In this document: positions 18,563 through 27,708 of the stretch, one piece after another
Layout of the letters: the number at the start of each line of letters is the position of its first letter
How positions within the stretch are numbered: position 1 is the first letter of the stretch
Assembly: GCA_965228735.1 (NCBI GenBank)
Contig: OZ245838.1
Location: 6,912,001-6,976,000, forward strand
Direction: 5' to 3'
Source of the DNA: Planctomycetota bacterium
GTDB lineage: Bacteria; Planctomycetota; UBA1135; UBA2386
DNA length: 64,000 nt
Translations under genes and position numbers: made by a program
The notes under the pieces: generated by a model
What the model was told of the DNA's origin: nothing
Database searches by the model: none
The model's input: the letters and a program-made list of their open reading frames with translations, nothing else

Positions 18563-21500
18563 TCAGTCGTCGCCGCCGGTCAGTCCGGCGAGCATCTGTT
18601 GGGCGGCGTTCAGCATGCCGTGGCCGGGATGGGTGCGGCCCATGCGTTCGACCAGGCTCTCCAACAGTTCGATCGCGGCCTTCTTGTTCTCGCCGTCTGG
18701 GGTCATCGCGAGCGCGCGCGCGAGCCAGAACTCCGCATGGTAGGTCTGGAGGTTCTCCGGGCCGAGCGCGGTGTGGTTGAGCGTCGCGCCGCCCCGCAGG
18801 TGGGGGATCGCGTCGTCCGGGCGCTGCAGTCGCACGAACGTGATCCCGAGGCCGATGCGGGGCCGCGCCTGGGTCGGATGGTCCGCCGGCAGCGTGCGAC
18901 CGAACATCGCGATCGACTCCTCGAACAACGGGATCGCCTCGTCGTAGCGCCGCTGGCGTGAGATCGCGGTCGCGAGGCTCAACAGGCTGCCGGCGGTCTG
19001 GGAGTGTTCGCCGAGCTTCGCGCGCCTGGCGTCGAGCACCGCGCGAAACTCGTTCTCGGCGGCGGCGTGATTGCCGCGATCGAGTTCGCCGACGGCGACC
19101 GAGTTGCGCGCCGTCAAGACCACCGGGTGCAGCGCGTCGTAGACCGCGCTGCGGATCGCGAGCGACTCGCGATACATCGCGACGGCCTCGTCGATCCTGC
19201 CGGTCCGCCTGAGCAGGTTGGCGAAGTTGGACAGCGTCGTCGCGAGCTCGGGGTGGGCGGCGGGCAGAGCCGCGCGCTGAATCGCGAGGGCGTCGCGGAA
19301 CAGCGTTTCGGCTTCTTCGAGCTCGTCGAGCCGTCCGAGGCACGCGGCGAGCTGGCCCATCGTCAGTGCCGGATACGGGTGGTCGTCGTCGAACCGTGCG
19401 CGGTCGTGCGCGAGGATCTCGCGCAACAGCTCGATCGCGCGGTCGTCGTTGCCGTAGTCGATCTCGAGCATCGCGAGTTCGAACAGCATCGTGTCGACGT
19501 CCGGGTGATCGGGGCCGGTGAACTCGCGCGTCAGCTCGAGGGTCCGTTCGAACGCCGTGCGAGCCGACTCGAGATCCTCGAGCTCCTTGTAGGCCCGGCC
19601 GCGCTCCGTGTGCAGCATCAGGAACCGCGGGTCGTCGACCGCCGAGGCGTCCGGGGCGTCGCCGACGGCTTCTCGCTGGGTCGCTTCGAGCAACTCCGCG
19701 GCCTGCTCGGGACGGCCCCGTTCGCGCAGCACCTGCGCGCGCGTGACCGCGACGCCGAACGTCCGGTCCGTGACGTCGTTCTCCGCGGCGAGCCGCGCGG
19801 CCCGGTCGAGGAGCTGCTCGGCTTCGTCATAGCGGCCGGGCTCACGCAGCCAGGAGGCGAGCGTCGTGAGCCGGAGAACGCGCTCGAGCACCGGCGCCGG
19901 ACCGCCGCGTGCCGGAGGTTCGATCGACGCGCGGATGAGCCGTTCGCCGGCCGCGTCGTCGCCGTCGTGGAACGCCTGCACGCCGGCCCAGTACTGGGCG
20001 CGACGATGGGCCGAACCGTCGCCGGCATGCTCGCGCAGCACGCGTTCGGCTTCGGCCATGAGCGGGCGCGACGCGTCGTAGAGTCCGAGTCCGATGTAGG
20101 CCCGCGCCATCGTCATCTGCAGCTGCGCGCGCTGTGCGGGCGCCACGGTGAGGTCACGATCGATGCGGCGCGCGCCGCGGTCGAGCAGCTGGCGCGCACG
20201 CAGAGTCTCGGCGCGTTCGGGATCGGGCGACGCCATGTCGAACAGGTCGACGAGGAAGCCCGTCATCTCGTCCGCCAGGCGACGTTGCGTGATCGCGTTG
20301 TCTCGCTCCTGCGCGATCCGCTGGTTCTGTAGGAACGTCGTGATCGCGAACGCGACGACGAGGCCGAGCACGACGACCGCCGCGCCGAGCGCGATGCGAT
20401 GGCGCGCGACGAACTTCCGCGCGCGATAGCCGATGGTGTCCCCCTGGGCCGTGACCGGCAGCCCGTCGAGATAGTTGCCGAGGTCGGCGGCGAGCGCCGC
20501 GGCCGACTCGTACCGCCGTTCGGGCTCCTTGCGCATCGCGCACGCGACGATCGTGTCGAGGTCGCCGCGCAGCAGACGCGTCGAGTGCGGCGCGCTCGGG
20601 CCGCGCGTGTTCGCGATGGCGCTCGGGGGTGGGGGCGTGCGCTCGCACACGACTTCGATGAGCTGGGTCAGCGACCGGTTCTCGAGCGGCTGCGCGCGCT
20701 CTCCGGACAGCAGTTCGTAGAGCAGAGCGCCGAGCGCGTAGACGTCGGTCGCCGTCGTGATCGGTTCGCCGCGCACTTGTTCGGGGCTGCTGTACTCCGG
20801 CGTGAGCAGCATGTTGCCGGTGCGGGTGAGGGCGAGCGAGGCCTCGCCGTGCTCCTCCGGCAGCAGCAGCTTGGCGATGCCGAAGTCGAGCAACTTCGGT
20901 TCGCCGTCCGTCGACACGAGGATGTTGCTCGGCTTGAGATCGCGGTGCACGACGAGCGCGCGGTGCGCGTGCGCGACGCCGCGGCAGACCTTGATGAACA
21001 GGCGCAGCCGGTCGTGCAGCGAGAGCCGAGCTTCGCGGCAGAACGTGAGCAGGTCGGGCCCGTCGACGTACTCCATGACGACGTAGGGCTGACCGGTGTC
21101 CGTCGTGCCGCCGTCGAACAGTGCCGCGATGTTGGGATGCTGGAGGCCGGCGAGGATGCGGCGCTCGGTGCGGAAGCGGCGCTGCATCTCGCTGTCGTCG
21201 AGCGGCGCGCGCAGCAGCTTGATCGCGACGCGGTTCTTGAAGTCGCTGTCCTGCCGCTCGCAAAGGTAGACGACACCCATGCCGCCGCGGCCGAGCTCGC
21301 GCGTGACGCGGTAGCTGCCGATCTGCTCGGGCGGCGGCCCGGCGGCCTCGTTCTCGGCGTCCTGCATCGCGCCCGCGACCTCGGCCTCGCCGAACGCCTG
21401 CGCCGGCGAACCGAGCTCTTCGGGGTCGTCGTTGTGCTGCGCGAACAGCCGCCGCAGCTCCGTCGCGAGCGTCGGCGTCTCGGCCGCCAACCGCTCCAGC

Positions 21501-21619
21501 GCGGCGGCGCGGGCCGTTTCGGAGAGCGCCCGCAGCGCCTCGAACTCCGTCGCGATGCGACCGAAGTCGAGTTCCCCGCTATGCTTCGTGGGGCGTCCGG
21601 GCGTGGCGTCGTCGTTCAT
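18563..21619 (-). CDS. Serine/threonine protein kinase with TM helix and TPR repeats
   Basis: LGRGGMGVVY, VAIK, HRDLKPSN, DFG, TPEYSSPEQ, DVYALG; kinesin-light-chain-like TPRs (HPELATTLSN). Confidence 0.95.
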   Translation of the reverse strand: MNDDATPGRPTKHSGELDFGRIATEFEALRALSETARAAALERLAAETPTLATELRRLFAQHNDDPEELGSPAQAFGEAEVAGAMQDAENEAAGPPPEQIGSYRVTRELGRGGMGVVYLCERQDSDFKNRVAIKLLRAPLDDSEMQRRFRTERRILAGLQHPNIAALFDGGTTDTGQPYVVMEYVDGPDLLTFCREARLSLHDRLRLFIKVCRGVAHAHRALVVHRDLKPSNILVSTDGEPKLLDFGIAKLLLPEEHGEASLALTRTGNMLLTPEYSSPEQVRGEPITTATDVYALGALLYELLSGERAQPLENRSLTQLIEVVCERTPPPPSAIANTRGPSAPHSTRLLRGDLDTIVACAMRKEPERRYESAAALAADLGNYLDGLPVTAQGDTIGYRARKFVARHRIALGAAVVVLGLVVAFAITTFLQNQRIAQERDNAITQRRLADEMTGFLVDLFDMASPDPERAETLRARQLLDRGARRIDRDLTVAPAQRAQLQMTMARAYIGLGLYDASRPLMAEAERVLREHAGDGSAHRRAQYWAGVQAFHDGDDAAGERLIRASIEPPARGGPAPVLERVLRLTTLASWLREPGRYDEAEQLLDRAARLAAENDVTDRTFGVAVTRAQVLRERGRPEQAAELLEATQREAVGDAPDASAVDDPRFLMLHTERGRAYKELEDLESARTAFERTLELTREFTGPDHPDVDTMLFELAMLEIDYGNDDRAIELLREILAHDRARFDDDHPYPALTMGQLAACLGRLDELEEAETLFRDALAIQRAALPAAHPELATTLSNFANLLRRTGRIDEAVAMYRESLAIRSAVYDALHPVVLTARNSVAVGELDRGNHAAAENEFRAVLDARRAKLGEHSQTAGSLLSLATAISRQRRYDEAIPLFEESIAMFGRTLPADHPTQARPRIGLGITFVRLQRPDDAIPHLRGGATLNHTALGPENLQTYHAEFWLARALAMTPDGENKKAAIELLESLVERMGRTHPGHGMLNAAQQMLAGLTGGDD

Positions 21620-22190
21620 GTCAAGCGATCGCGAGTCGTTCACCGAGATGCTGCAGCGCCACCGCGGCGGCGAGGACGTCGCCCTCGGCGCGTTCCTGCC
21701 CGCGGTCTACGACGAACTGCGCGGCCTCGCCCGGCAGCAGCTGCAGCGCGAGGCCAAGGCGGCGCTCGAGCCGACTGCGCTCGTGCACGAAGTCTACCTC
21801 CGGCTCGTGGATCAGCGGCTCGCAGGGGTGGCGGATCGAACGCATTTTCGGCGGCTCTGTGCGCGGGTCATGCGGCAGGTCCTCGTGGACCAGGCCCGCA
21901 AACGCGATGCGCAGAAACGCGGTGGCGACCGCGAAGAAACCCTCAAAACCTGGCTCGAACCCGCGGCCCCCGATGCCGCGGGCGGCGGCCTGCCCGTGCT
22001 CGCGCTCGACGAGGCCCTCGAACGCCTCACCGCGCTCGATGAACGCAAGGCCCAGGTCGTCGAGCTGCGCTGCTTCGGCGGCCTGTCGATGGCCGAGGTC
22101 GCGGCCGCGCTCGAGGTGTCGCTGCGCACGATCGAGGCGGATTGGTACTTCGCCCGCGCCTGGCTCAAGGCCGAGCTCGCGCCGGAGTAG
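21618..22190 (+). CDS. ECF sigma factor, kinase-associated (TIGR02999-like)
   Basis: VYDELRGLA, LEPTALVHEVYLRL, MRQVLVDQARKR.AQKRGG, VVELRCFGGLS..EVA. Confidence 0.92.
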   Translation: MSSDRESFTEMLQRHRGGEDVALGAFLPAVYDELRGLARQQLQREAKAALEPTALVHEVYLRLVDQRLAGVADRTHFRRLCARVMRQVLVDQARKRDAQKRGGDREETLKTWLEPAAPDAAGGGLPVLALDEALERLTALDERKAQVVELRCFGGLSMAEVAAALEVSLRTIEADWYFARAWLKAELAPE

Positions 22191-22256
22191 CCGCGAGAGT
22201 CGCTGGGGGAGCGGCGCTGGACTTCGCAGTCGGTGCGGCTATCGTCCCGTGCGAGT

Positions 22257-22332
22257 TACCCCGTGGTGTAATTGGTAGCACATCTGGTTTTGGTCCAGTC
22301 GGTTCCTGGTTCGAGTCCAGGCGGGGTAACCA
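22257..22332 (+). tRNA. tRNA-Gln (TTG)
   Basis: Acceptor TACCCCG/CGGGGTA, anticodon arm CTGG-TTTTGGT-CCAG, T arm CCTGG-TTCGAGT-CCAGG, encoded CCA. Confidence 0.95.
22288..22332 (+). repeat. attL core (3' 45 bp of tRNA-Gln)
   Basis: TTTTGGTCCAGTCGGTTCCTGGTTCGAGTCCAGGCGGGGTAACCA, identical to 30568-30612. Confidence 0.95.
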
Positions 22333-22411
22333 CTCTCAAGAACTGCTGAGCGTCGCACTTGCGACGAACCGGCTTCGGGCCGTGCGGCACCTGGATTCGC
22401 CCTTCGGGTCA

Positions 22412-22436
22412 GTGTCCAGCCATTTGTGTCCAGCCA
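22412..22436 (+). repeat. Putative integrase arm-type sites (2 x GTGTCCAGCCA)
   Basis: Direct repeats at 22412-22422 and 22426-22436; the same 11-mer occurs inverted at 30403-30413 and 28534-28544. Confidence 0.7.
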
Positions 22437-22455
22437 GAGCACCGGAGGCTTCCCG

Positions 22456-23877
22456 ATGCCGTCCAGCAGTCGCCGCACCAAGCGGTCCAAGTTCCATCCC
22501 CGCACGCCGCAGTTGCGCCGCCACAGTCGCGGCCGCGCGATCGTCACCTTGTCCGGTGAGACCCACTTCCTCGGCGCGTGGCCACCTGACGCGGCGGCCC
22601 ACCGCGCGTACGCGGAGCTCCTCGAGCAGTGGGAGGCGAACGGCCGGCAGCCCATCAAGTCCGTCGTGGAGACGTGCGCGAGTGCTCAGCGCGACGCGGA
22701 ACGGCTCGCCGAGCGGTTGGGCGTGACCGTTGACCAGGCGGAGCGGGTGCGCGTGCTGGCGATCGAGATGAGCCTGAGCCACGCCGAGGCGCTGGCGCTC
22801 GCGCGCGTGCGGCACGTCGACCTGTTCGAGCCGCAGGAGCCGGTCGCCTCGGTGCGGGACGCGCTCGCGGACTACGAGGCGCACATCGACGGCATCGGCA
22901 AGTACACCAAGGGCGGCGCGCGGACGACGGAGCGGTCACTTATCGACCGAGTCGTCCGCGAGTTCGTCGAGCAGTACGGCGACGTGCCCGTGAGCGAGCT
23001 CGGCAAGCGCCACCTGGTCGGCTACCGCCGCTGGCTCGAGGTGGACAACCCGCACTTGACGGTGAGCGGCATCCGCAGGAAGACCGCGACCATCAAGCGC
23101 GCCCTGGCGTGGCTCTACGAGGGCGAGGTGCTGACGCCCGAGCAGTGGCTCGCCGTCGACTCCGTGCGGCAGCTTCGGCGCAGCGACCTCCCCGAGCGCG
23201 ACGTGCGCAAGCCGAAGCGCGAGGTGACGCTCGAGGAGGCCGAGGCCGTCGCCGAGAATGCCGGGCGGGTCATCGGGGCGATGGTGCTCACGCAAGCGTT
23301 GACGGCGTGCCGGCCTGGCGAGGTGGTCGCGATGAAGCACGGCGACATCGACCGCACGCCGGTCGTCGGCCCTGACGGCGTGAGCTACTGGACGTGGCAC
23401 CTGCGCACGCACAAGACCTCGCACCACGACCCCGAGGCTCGGACCATTCCGCTCGGACCGCGGGCGCAGCAGATTCTCGGCCAGTTCCGCGGCTTCGGCG
23501 CCGCGTTCGTGTTCCAGCCGCGCGACATGGTCGCCGACCGTCGCCGTGAGCAGCGCGAGCGCCGGAAGACTCCCGTGCAGCCGAGCCAGCAGGCACGCGA
23601 CAGAAGGCCGAAGCGCCCCGTTGCCGCGCAGTTCGACACCGACCTCTACAACCGATGCGTGCTGCGAGCCATCGCGCGCACGAAGGGCGTGGCGAGGTTC
23701 ACGGTCCACCAGCTTCGGCACGGCGCGTTGTCGCGCATCGCACGGACCGAGGGTCCGCTCGCGGCGCAGGCCATCGCAGGGCACAAGCACCTGACGACGA
23801 CGCAGGGCTACGTGCACCACGCACGCGACGACGCATTGCGTGCGGCGGCGTGCCTGGACGGCGCGCAGGTCGGCTAG
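22456..23877 (+). CDS. Tyrosine recombinase/integrase
   Basis: GGAGG RBS; N-terminal arm-binding-like GRAIVTLSGETHFLG; catalytic R (CRPGE), K (THKT), HQLRH, AGH, Y (TTQGY). Confidence 0.93.
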   Translation: MPSSSRRTKRSKFHPRTPQLRRHSRGRAIVTLSGETHFLGAWPPDAAAHRAYAELLEQWEANGRQPIKSVVETCASAQRDAERLAERLGVTVDQAERVRVLAIEMSLSHAEALALARVRHVDLFEPQEPVASVRDALADYEAHIDGIGKYTKGGARTTERSLIDRVVREFVEQYGDVPVSELGKRHLVGYRRWLEVDNPHLTVSGIRRKTATIKRALAWLYEGEVLTPEQWLAVDSVRQLRRSDLPERDVRKPKREVTLEEAEAVAENAGRVIGAMVLTQALTACRPGEVVAMKHGDIDRTPVVGPDGVSYWTWHLRTHKTSHHDPEARTIPLGPRAQQILGQFRGFGAAFVFQPRDMVADRRREQRERRKTPVQPSQQARDRRPKRPVAAQFDTDLYNRCVLRAIARTKGVARFTVHQLRHGALSRIARTEGPLAAQAIAGHKHLTTTQGYVHHARDDALRAAACLDGAQVG

Positions 23878-23980
23878 CATTCACCGCGAGGGGCAACGGT
23901 CCGGGTCGCTCTCGGTCCGTAGGCGGTGGAGCCTCACCGCCGCGCCCCTCGCATTTCAACGAGGCTGCACGGAGGTTCCC

Positions 23981-24610
23981 GTGGCGATTGACTGGACCGC
24001 AGTGATTCACGCCGTCGACGACGACGACGGCATTCGACGATTGCACAAGCGGTGGGCGCACCGCCTCGGAGTCGCCGCAGAGGGCGAGTTCGGGCGGCAG
24101 CTGTTCGACGTGTTGGACGAAGCCGACGACGACCTGCTCGATTCGCAGGCTGAGTTGCGCGTGCGCGTCGATGGCTTCGCGGAACTCGTCTCGCAGGGCG
24201 ACCACGCAGCGCGGTACGACGAGTGTGCGGACTCCACGCTGTTCCTCTCGTTGTTCGTGTCGGCGTCCCCCTCGACGGGTGTGACGGTTGCGGACGTGCT
24301 CGCGCAGGGGCGGAAGATGCTCGCGGAGGTGGGCAAGTGGGTCGCGCGTGCCGAGAACCTAGGGCGGCGATCGGCGACCACGATGACCGCGGCGGAGGAC
24401 CGGCAGATCCAGCGCCGGAATGCTCTGCTGCGATGCGTGCCTGCGCGGTGCGCTGAGGAAGGTCGGCCACCTAGGACCATGACCGAGGTAGTGGGGTGGT
24501 TGAGCGCCGACGAGGGTCTCAACGCCAGCGATAAGACGGTGAAACTCGACCTGCTGGCCTTGCGCGATGACGGCCGCCTGACGCCGGACCAACTACCGCC
24601 GCTCGGCTGA
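23981..24610 (+). CDS. Hypothetical protein with C-terminal HTH-like segment
   Basis: GGAGG plus GTG start; C-terminal TMTEVVGWLSADEGLNASDKTVKLDLLALRDDG resembles a winged HTH. Confidence 0.6.
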   Translation: MAIDWTAVIHAVDDDDGIRRLHKRWAHRLGVAAEGEFGRQLFDVLDEADDDLLDSQAELRVRVDGFAELVSQGDHAARYDECADSTLFLSLFVSASPSTGVTVADVLAQGRKMLAEVGKWVARAENLGRRSATTMTAAEDRQIQRRNALLRCVPARCAEEGRPPRTMTEVVGWLSADEGLNASDKTVKLDLLALRDDGRLTPDQLPPLG

Positions 24611-24612
24611 GG

Positions 24613-24638
24613 CTCGGAGTTCTCGGAGTGCTCGGAGT
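24613..24638 (+). repeat. Three tandem CTCGGAGT boxes (9-bp period), putative operator
   Basis: Copies at 24613, 24622 and 24631 in the gap before the Xis-like/Rep operon. Confidence 0.6.
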
Positions 24639-24687
24639 TGCACCGGGGTAGCCGGCGAGCATCGATATGGGAGGGGGCACTCAGCCA

Positions 24688-24996
24688 ATGAGCACCCCGA
24701 CCAAACACCGTGGCGCGACCGGCGCCCTCTCGACTCTCGAGTCGCCCTGGTGGGTAGACGACGGCGAGCCTCTCACGCTCGCGGCGGCTACCCGCCTGTT
24801 CCCGAGGCGCGCCGATGGGAAGCGCATCAGCCTTTGGACGCTGCATCGGTATCGCGAGCAGGGCGTCGCGTTGGGGCGCGGCCGTCGCCTCCGCCTGCGC
24901 TGCTTTCGCGGGGACGCGAGTTCGTGGGCGACGACGACCGGCGAGATCGGGCGATTCCAACTCGCGCTGACGGAGGCGCGCGGGGGCGACGCCTGA
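24688..24996 (+). CDS. DUF1580-like / excisionase-like HTH protein
   Basis: PLTLAAATRLFPRR.DGKRISLWTLHRYREQGV...RLRCFR...TT...IGRF matches the DUF1580 pattern by eye. Confidence 0.7.
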   Translation: MSTPTKHRGATGALSTLESPWWVDDGEPLTLAAATRLFPRRADGKRISLWTLHRYREQGVALGRGRRLRLRCFRGDASSWATTTGEIGRFQLALTEARGGDA

Positions 24997-24997
24997 G

Positions 24998-26500
24998 ATG
25001 CCCCAGTTCCGCGACTTGCTGGTCGGCCACAGCCCGGGCGCGTCCCCCGAGGCGACGCTCGTGCTCTCCGCGCGCGCGGCGTTCGCCGGCTTGCTGGCCG
25101 CCGGCCGGGCGATGCCGAACCGTTCTCCGCGGGTGCCGACGATAGTCGAGGTCGCGGCCGAGCTCGGCCTCTCTCGTGACGCTGTCCGACGCGGTGACCG
25201 CGAACTGCTCGAGCGCGGCGAGCTCGTGAACGGATCTGACGGGCCTGAGGTCGTTCCTGCCGCTCTGGCGCGGCGTGCCGCTGACCGTCGACGGCTCATC
25301 CGCCTCGACCGCGACGTTCGGTCCCGCGGTCTCCGGCCGAGGACGTTGCTGCTCGCCGGCCTCGTGCGTGCCCAGGCGCGCCCACGCGGCCAGTTCTGGG
25401 CCGGGGTGCCCGTGCTGTCCGACCGACTCGGGCTGCCACCTCGGACGACCGAGCGCGCCCTCGCGGCGGCCCGAAAGGCGGGCGTCGTTCGGTCTCACGT
25501 CGTTCCCGGCTCATGGCGACTCGTGCTGTCGCCAACCGGCGGAAGCAGTGCGTCGCAAAGCGGCGGAAGCAGTGACCCGCAGCCGAGCACTCCGGACGGC
25601 CACCCGGAGCCGACGTCGCGAATGGGCGGGAGCAGTGACGCCGGCCCGGTGTCGCGAAGCGGCGGTCCGAGCGTTGCGAATCGGCGGCCCCCGTGTCGTG
25701 AATCGGCGGCCGGAGTGTCGCGATCCGGCGGAAGCTCTGCGGAAGTGCGGAGTACGGACTCACCTCCGGAACGCGTGGGCGCGCGCGAGACGCCGCCACG
25801 GGCGGCGGGTGAAACCAGAGCCCTGCACGACAGCCGGCAGCAGCAGAGGCCGAACCCGACAGCGGGGCGGGTCGATGTTCGATGGGTCGCCGGCGAGTGG
25901 GCGGTCCGGATGATCGTCGGCAACGGGCGGGAGCAGCTGACCGAAGTCGACGCGGCCCACCTGGCGGCCCTGCTCGATGAGCTCGAACCGCCCGAGGCCG
26001 ACCCCTACGTGCGCGACCCGCGGGCCGTTCGCCGGGAGCGGCTGTCGTTCGCACGGAGCGTCATTCGGTGGGGGCCTTCGCCCGAGATGCTGGCCCGATG
26101 GCTGGCGGTGGCGGTGCCTGTCTACGGCGTCCGAGGGGCTGGCCAGTACCTGCGTCGCACGGTCGAGGGTGGCGGCGACCCTGGCACGCTACTCAGCCGC
26201 CACGGCGGCGGTGAGCAGGCTCTCTACCCCGAGCACGAGGCCGCTCTGCTCGGCGACAGGGCGCGCGAGGTCGCGGGACTGGTGGCGGCCACGGCGGCGG
26301 TCGTTGGTGCTGACGGCGACGCCCGCGAACAACTTGCCACCCAGCTTCGCGACGCCATCGATGCCGGCGACCTGGCGGTTGCTCGCGTGGCGGTGCTCGC
26401 GTTGCTCGACGGCCTACCCGCGCACCCGCTGCGTGTGGCCCGCATCGCAGAGCGAGTCGGCGTGGAGCCCGAACGCATCACGGAGGCGCTGGCGGCATGA
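24998..26500 (+). CDS. Putative replication initiator (two HTH motifs, iteron-containing linker)
   Basis: HTH-like PTIVEVAAELGLSRDAVRR and GVPVLSDRLGLPPRTTERALAAARKAGVV; internal DNA repeats. Confidence 0.6.
   Translation: MPQFRDLLVGHSPGASPEATLVLSARAAFAGLLAAGRAMPNRSPRVPTIVEVAAELGLSRDAVRRGDRELLERGELVNGSDGPEVVPAALARRAADRRRLIRLDRDVRSRGLRPRTLLLAGLVRAQARPRGQFWAGVPVLSDRLGLPPRTTERALAAARKAGVVRSHVVPGSWRLVLSPTGGSSASQSGGSSDPQPSTPDGHPEPTSRMGGSSDAGPVSRSGGPSVANRRPPCRESAAGVSRSGGSSAEVRSTDSPPERVGARETPPRAAGETRALHDSRQQQRPNPTAGRVDVRWVAGEWAVRMIVGNGREQLTEVDAAHLAALLDELEPPEADPYVRDPRAVRRERLSFARSVIRWGPSPEMLARWLAVAVPVYGVRGAGQYLRRTVEGGGDPGTLLSRHGGGEQALYPEHEAALLGDRAREVAGLVAATAAVVGADGDAREQLATQLRDAIDAGDLAVARVAVLALLDGLPAHPLRVARIAERVGVEPERITEALAA
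25528..25731 (+). repeat. Seven iteron-like 15-mers (consensus GTCGCGAATCGGCGG)
   Basis: Copies at 25528, 25552, 25615, 25651, 25673, 25695 and 25717; the last four are exactly 22 bp apart. Confidence 0.75.
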
Positions 26501-26697
26501 TGATCACGCAGCCGAGGCCCGCGTCGTTCAAGTGCGCGAGGTGCGGGCGGCCGACGCTCGCGAAGGACGGGGTTCCCGCTGACCGGTGTTGCACGGCCTG
26601 CAGGCGGGGGAGTGCCGACGCGTCGCTGGCAGCGTGGCGGCATCGGTCTGGCGTGACGCCGACATGGCCGACGAAGCGACCCGAGGGGACGGCATGA
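26497..26697 (+). CDS. Small putative zinc-finger protein
   Basis: CARC...CTAC; ATGA coupling to both neighbours. Confidence 0.55.
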   Translation: MMITQPRPASFKCARCGRPTLAKDGVPADRCCTACRRGSADASLAAWRHRSGVTPTWPTKRPEGTA

Positions 26698-27026
26698 CCG
26701 ATCAGCGAAACATGCGGCGGCTTTCGCGCGTGCTCGTGGGGCTCTACCGCGACACCGTCCCCGGCGTCGATTCGGACGGCGCTCCGACCGTCGTGGGGTG
26801 GACTCCGTCCGACCTCGAGGGCGATGCGCTGATTGCAGCCGTCGATCGGGCCGACCCGGCGCTTCGGTGGCTGTCGTGGCCGGAGCCGTTTGAGGCGGTC
26901 GTGTTCCGCGCGTGGTCGGTACTTCACCGAGAGTCCGCGCGCCGCGTGATCGACGAGGCCGAAGCGCAGGGCGCATCGCCCGAGGATGTCGCTCGGTGGC
27001 GGCGGAAGCTGGAGACGGGCGCATGA
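26694..27026 (+). CDS. Hypothetical protein
   Basis: GAGGGG RBS; ATGA overlaps with upstream and downstream genes. Confidence 0.6.
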   Translation: MTDQRNMRRLSRVLVGLYRDTVPGVDSDGAPTVVGWTPSDLEGDALIAAVDRADPALRWLSWPEPFEAVVFRAWSVLHRESARRVIDEAEAQGASPEDVARWRRKLETGA

Positions 27027-27256
27027 CAGCCACCATCGCCGACCTGGTCCGCTCGCGGATGGTGGACCTCGGCGCCGACCGCGACGACGTTCTCGCGGCG
27101 GGTCACGCACTCGACCACGAGCGCGGACCGCATGCGCTGTCGCAACTCGTCGCGGAGGTGCGCGCGTGGACACGCACCGGATGGATGCCGCTCGACCCGC
27201 TCGCGTACTACGTCATCTCGCGGCTGCGCCAGGCCGGCGTGTGGAGGGCGACGTGA
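27023..27256 (+). CDS. Hypothetical protein
   Basis: GGAG RBS; ATGA overlap upstream and GTGA overlap downstream. Confidence 0.6.
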   Translation: MTATIADLVRSRMVDLGADRDDVLAAGHALDHERGPHALSQLVAEVRAWTRTGWMPLDPLAYYVISRLRQAGVWRAT

Positions 27257-27552
27257 GCGAACCTCGAGCCGTTTCGATCGACACGCTCGTCCGGGCACGG
27301 CAGCGACGGGCCGCCGCCGAACGTCAGGTCGCACAACTGAAGGCGACCGTTGCCCAGCTGCACGAAGAACTCGCCGACGCGCGGCGCGAGATCCGCCGCC
27401 TGCAACAGATCAACCAGACCAACCAGGCCGGCACCGTGCCGGTCGCAACCGAGAGAAGCGATGAAGGCGAAGACCAAGAGCACGAAACCGACCCACCCAG
27501 ACCCGAGGCCGGGCAGCAGCAACGCCGCCCAGGACCACGGTCAGCGCCGTAG
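27253..27552 (+). CDS. Small coiled-coil protein
   Basis: GGAGG RBS, GTGA overlap; heptad pattern AERQVAQLKATVAQLHEELADARREIRRL. Confidence 0.55.
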   Translation: MSEPRAVSIDTLVRARQRRAAAERQVAQLKATVAQLHEELADARREIRRLQQINQTNQAGTVPVATERSDEGEDQEHETDPPRPEAGQQQRRPGPRSAP

Positions 27553-27676
27553 CCACGAGTCCTTGAACGCCACGCCGAAGACGGCGGGCAAGGAGTGGCA
27601 ACGCGCAATCGCCGAGTCCGGCGGCTCGACGGTGCACGGCCAGTTCGACGGCCGCACCGGCAAGCGCAAGCAGTAG
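27461..27676 (+). CDS. Possible small basic hydrophilic protein
   Basis: GAGAG before ATG; overlaps the previous ORF by 92 nt, so uncertain. Confidence 0.3.
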   Translation: MKAKTKSTKPTHPDPRPGSSNAAQDHGQRRSHESLNATPKTAGKEWQRAIAESGGSTVHGQFDGRTGKRKQ

Positions 27677-27708
27677 ATCCACCACCAACCCGAACCAGGA
27701 GAATCCCA

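Noticed and set aside
25528..25731. CRISPR array
   Set aside because: Repeats are degenerate 15-mers with gaps of mostly 7-9 bp, inside an ORF, and no cas genes are present; iterons fit better.
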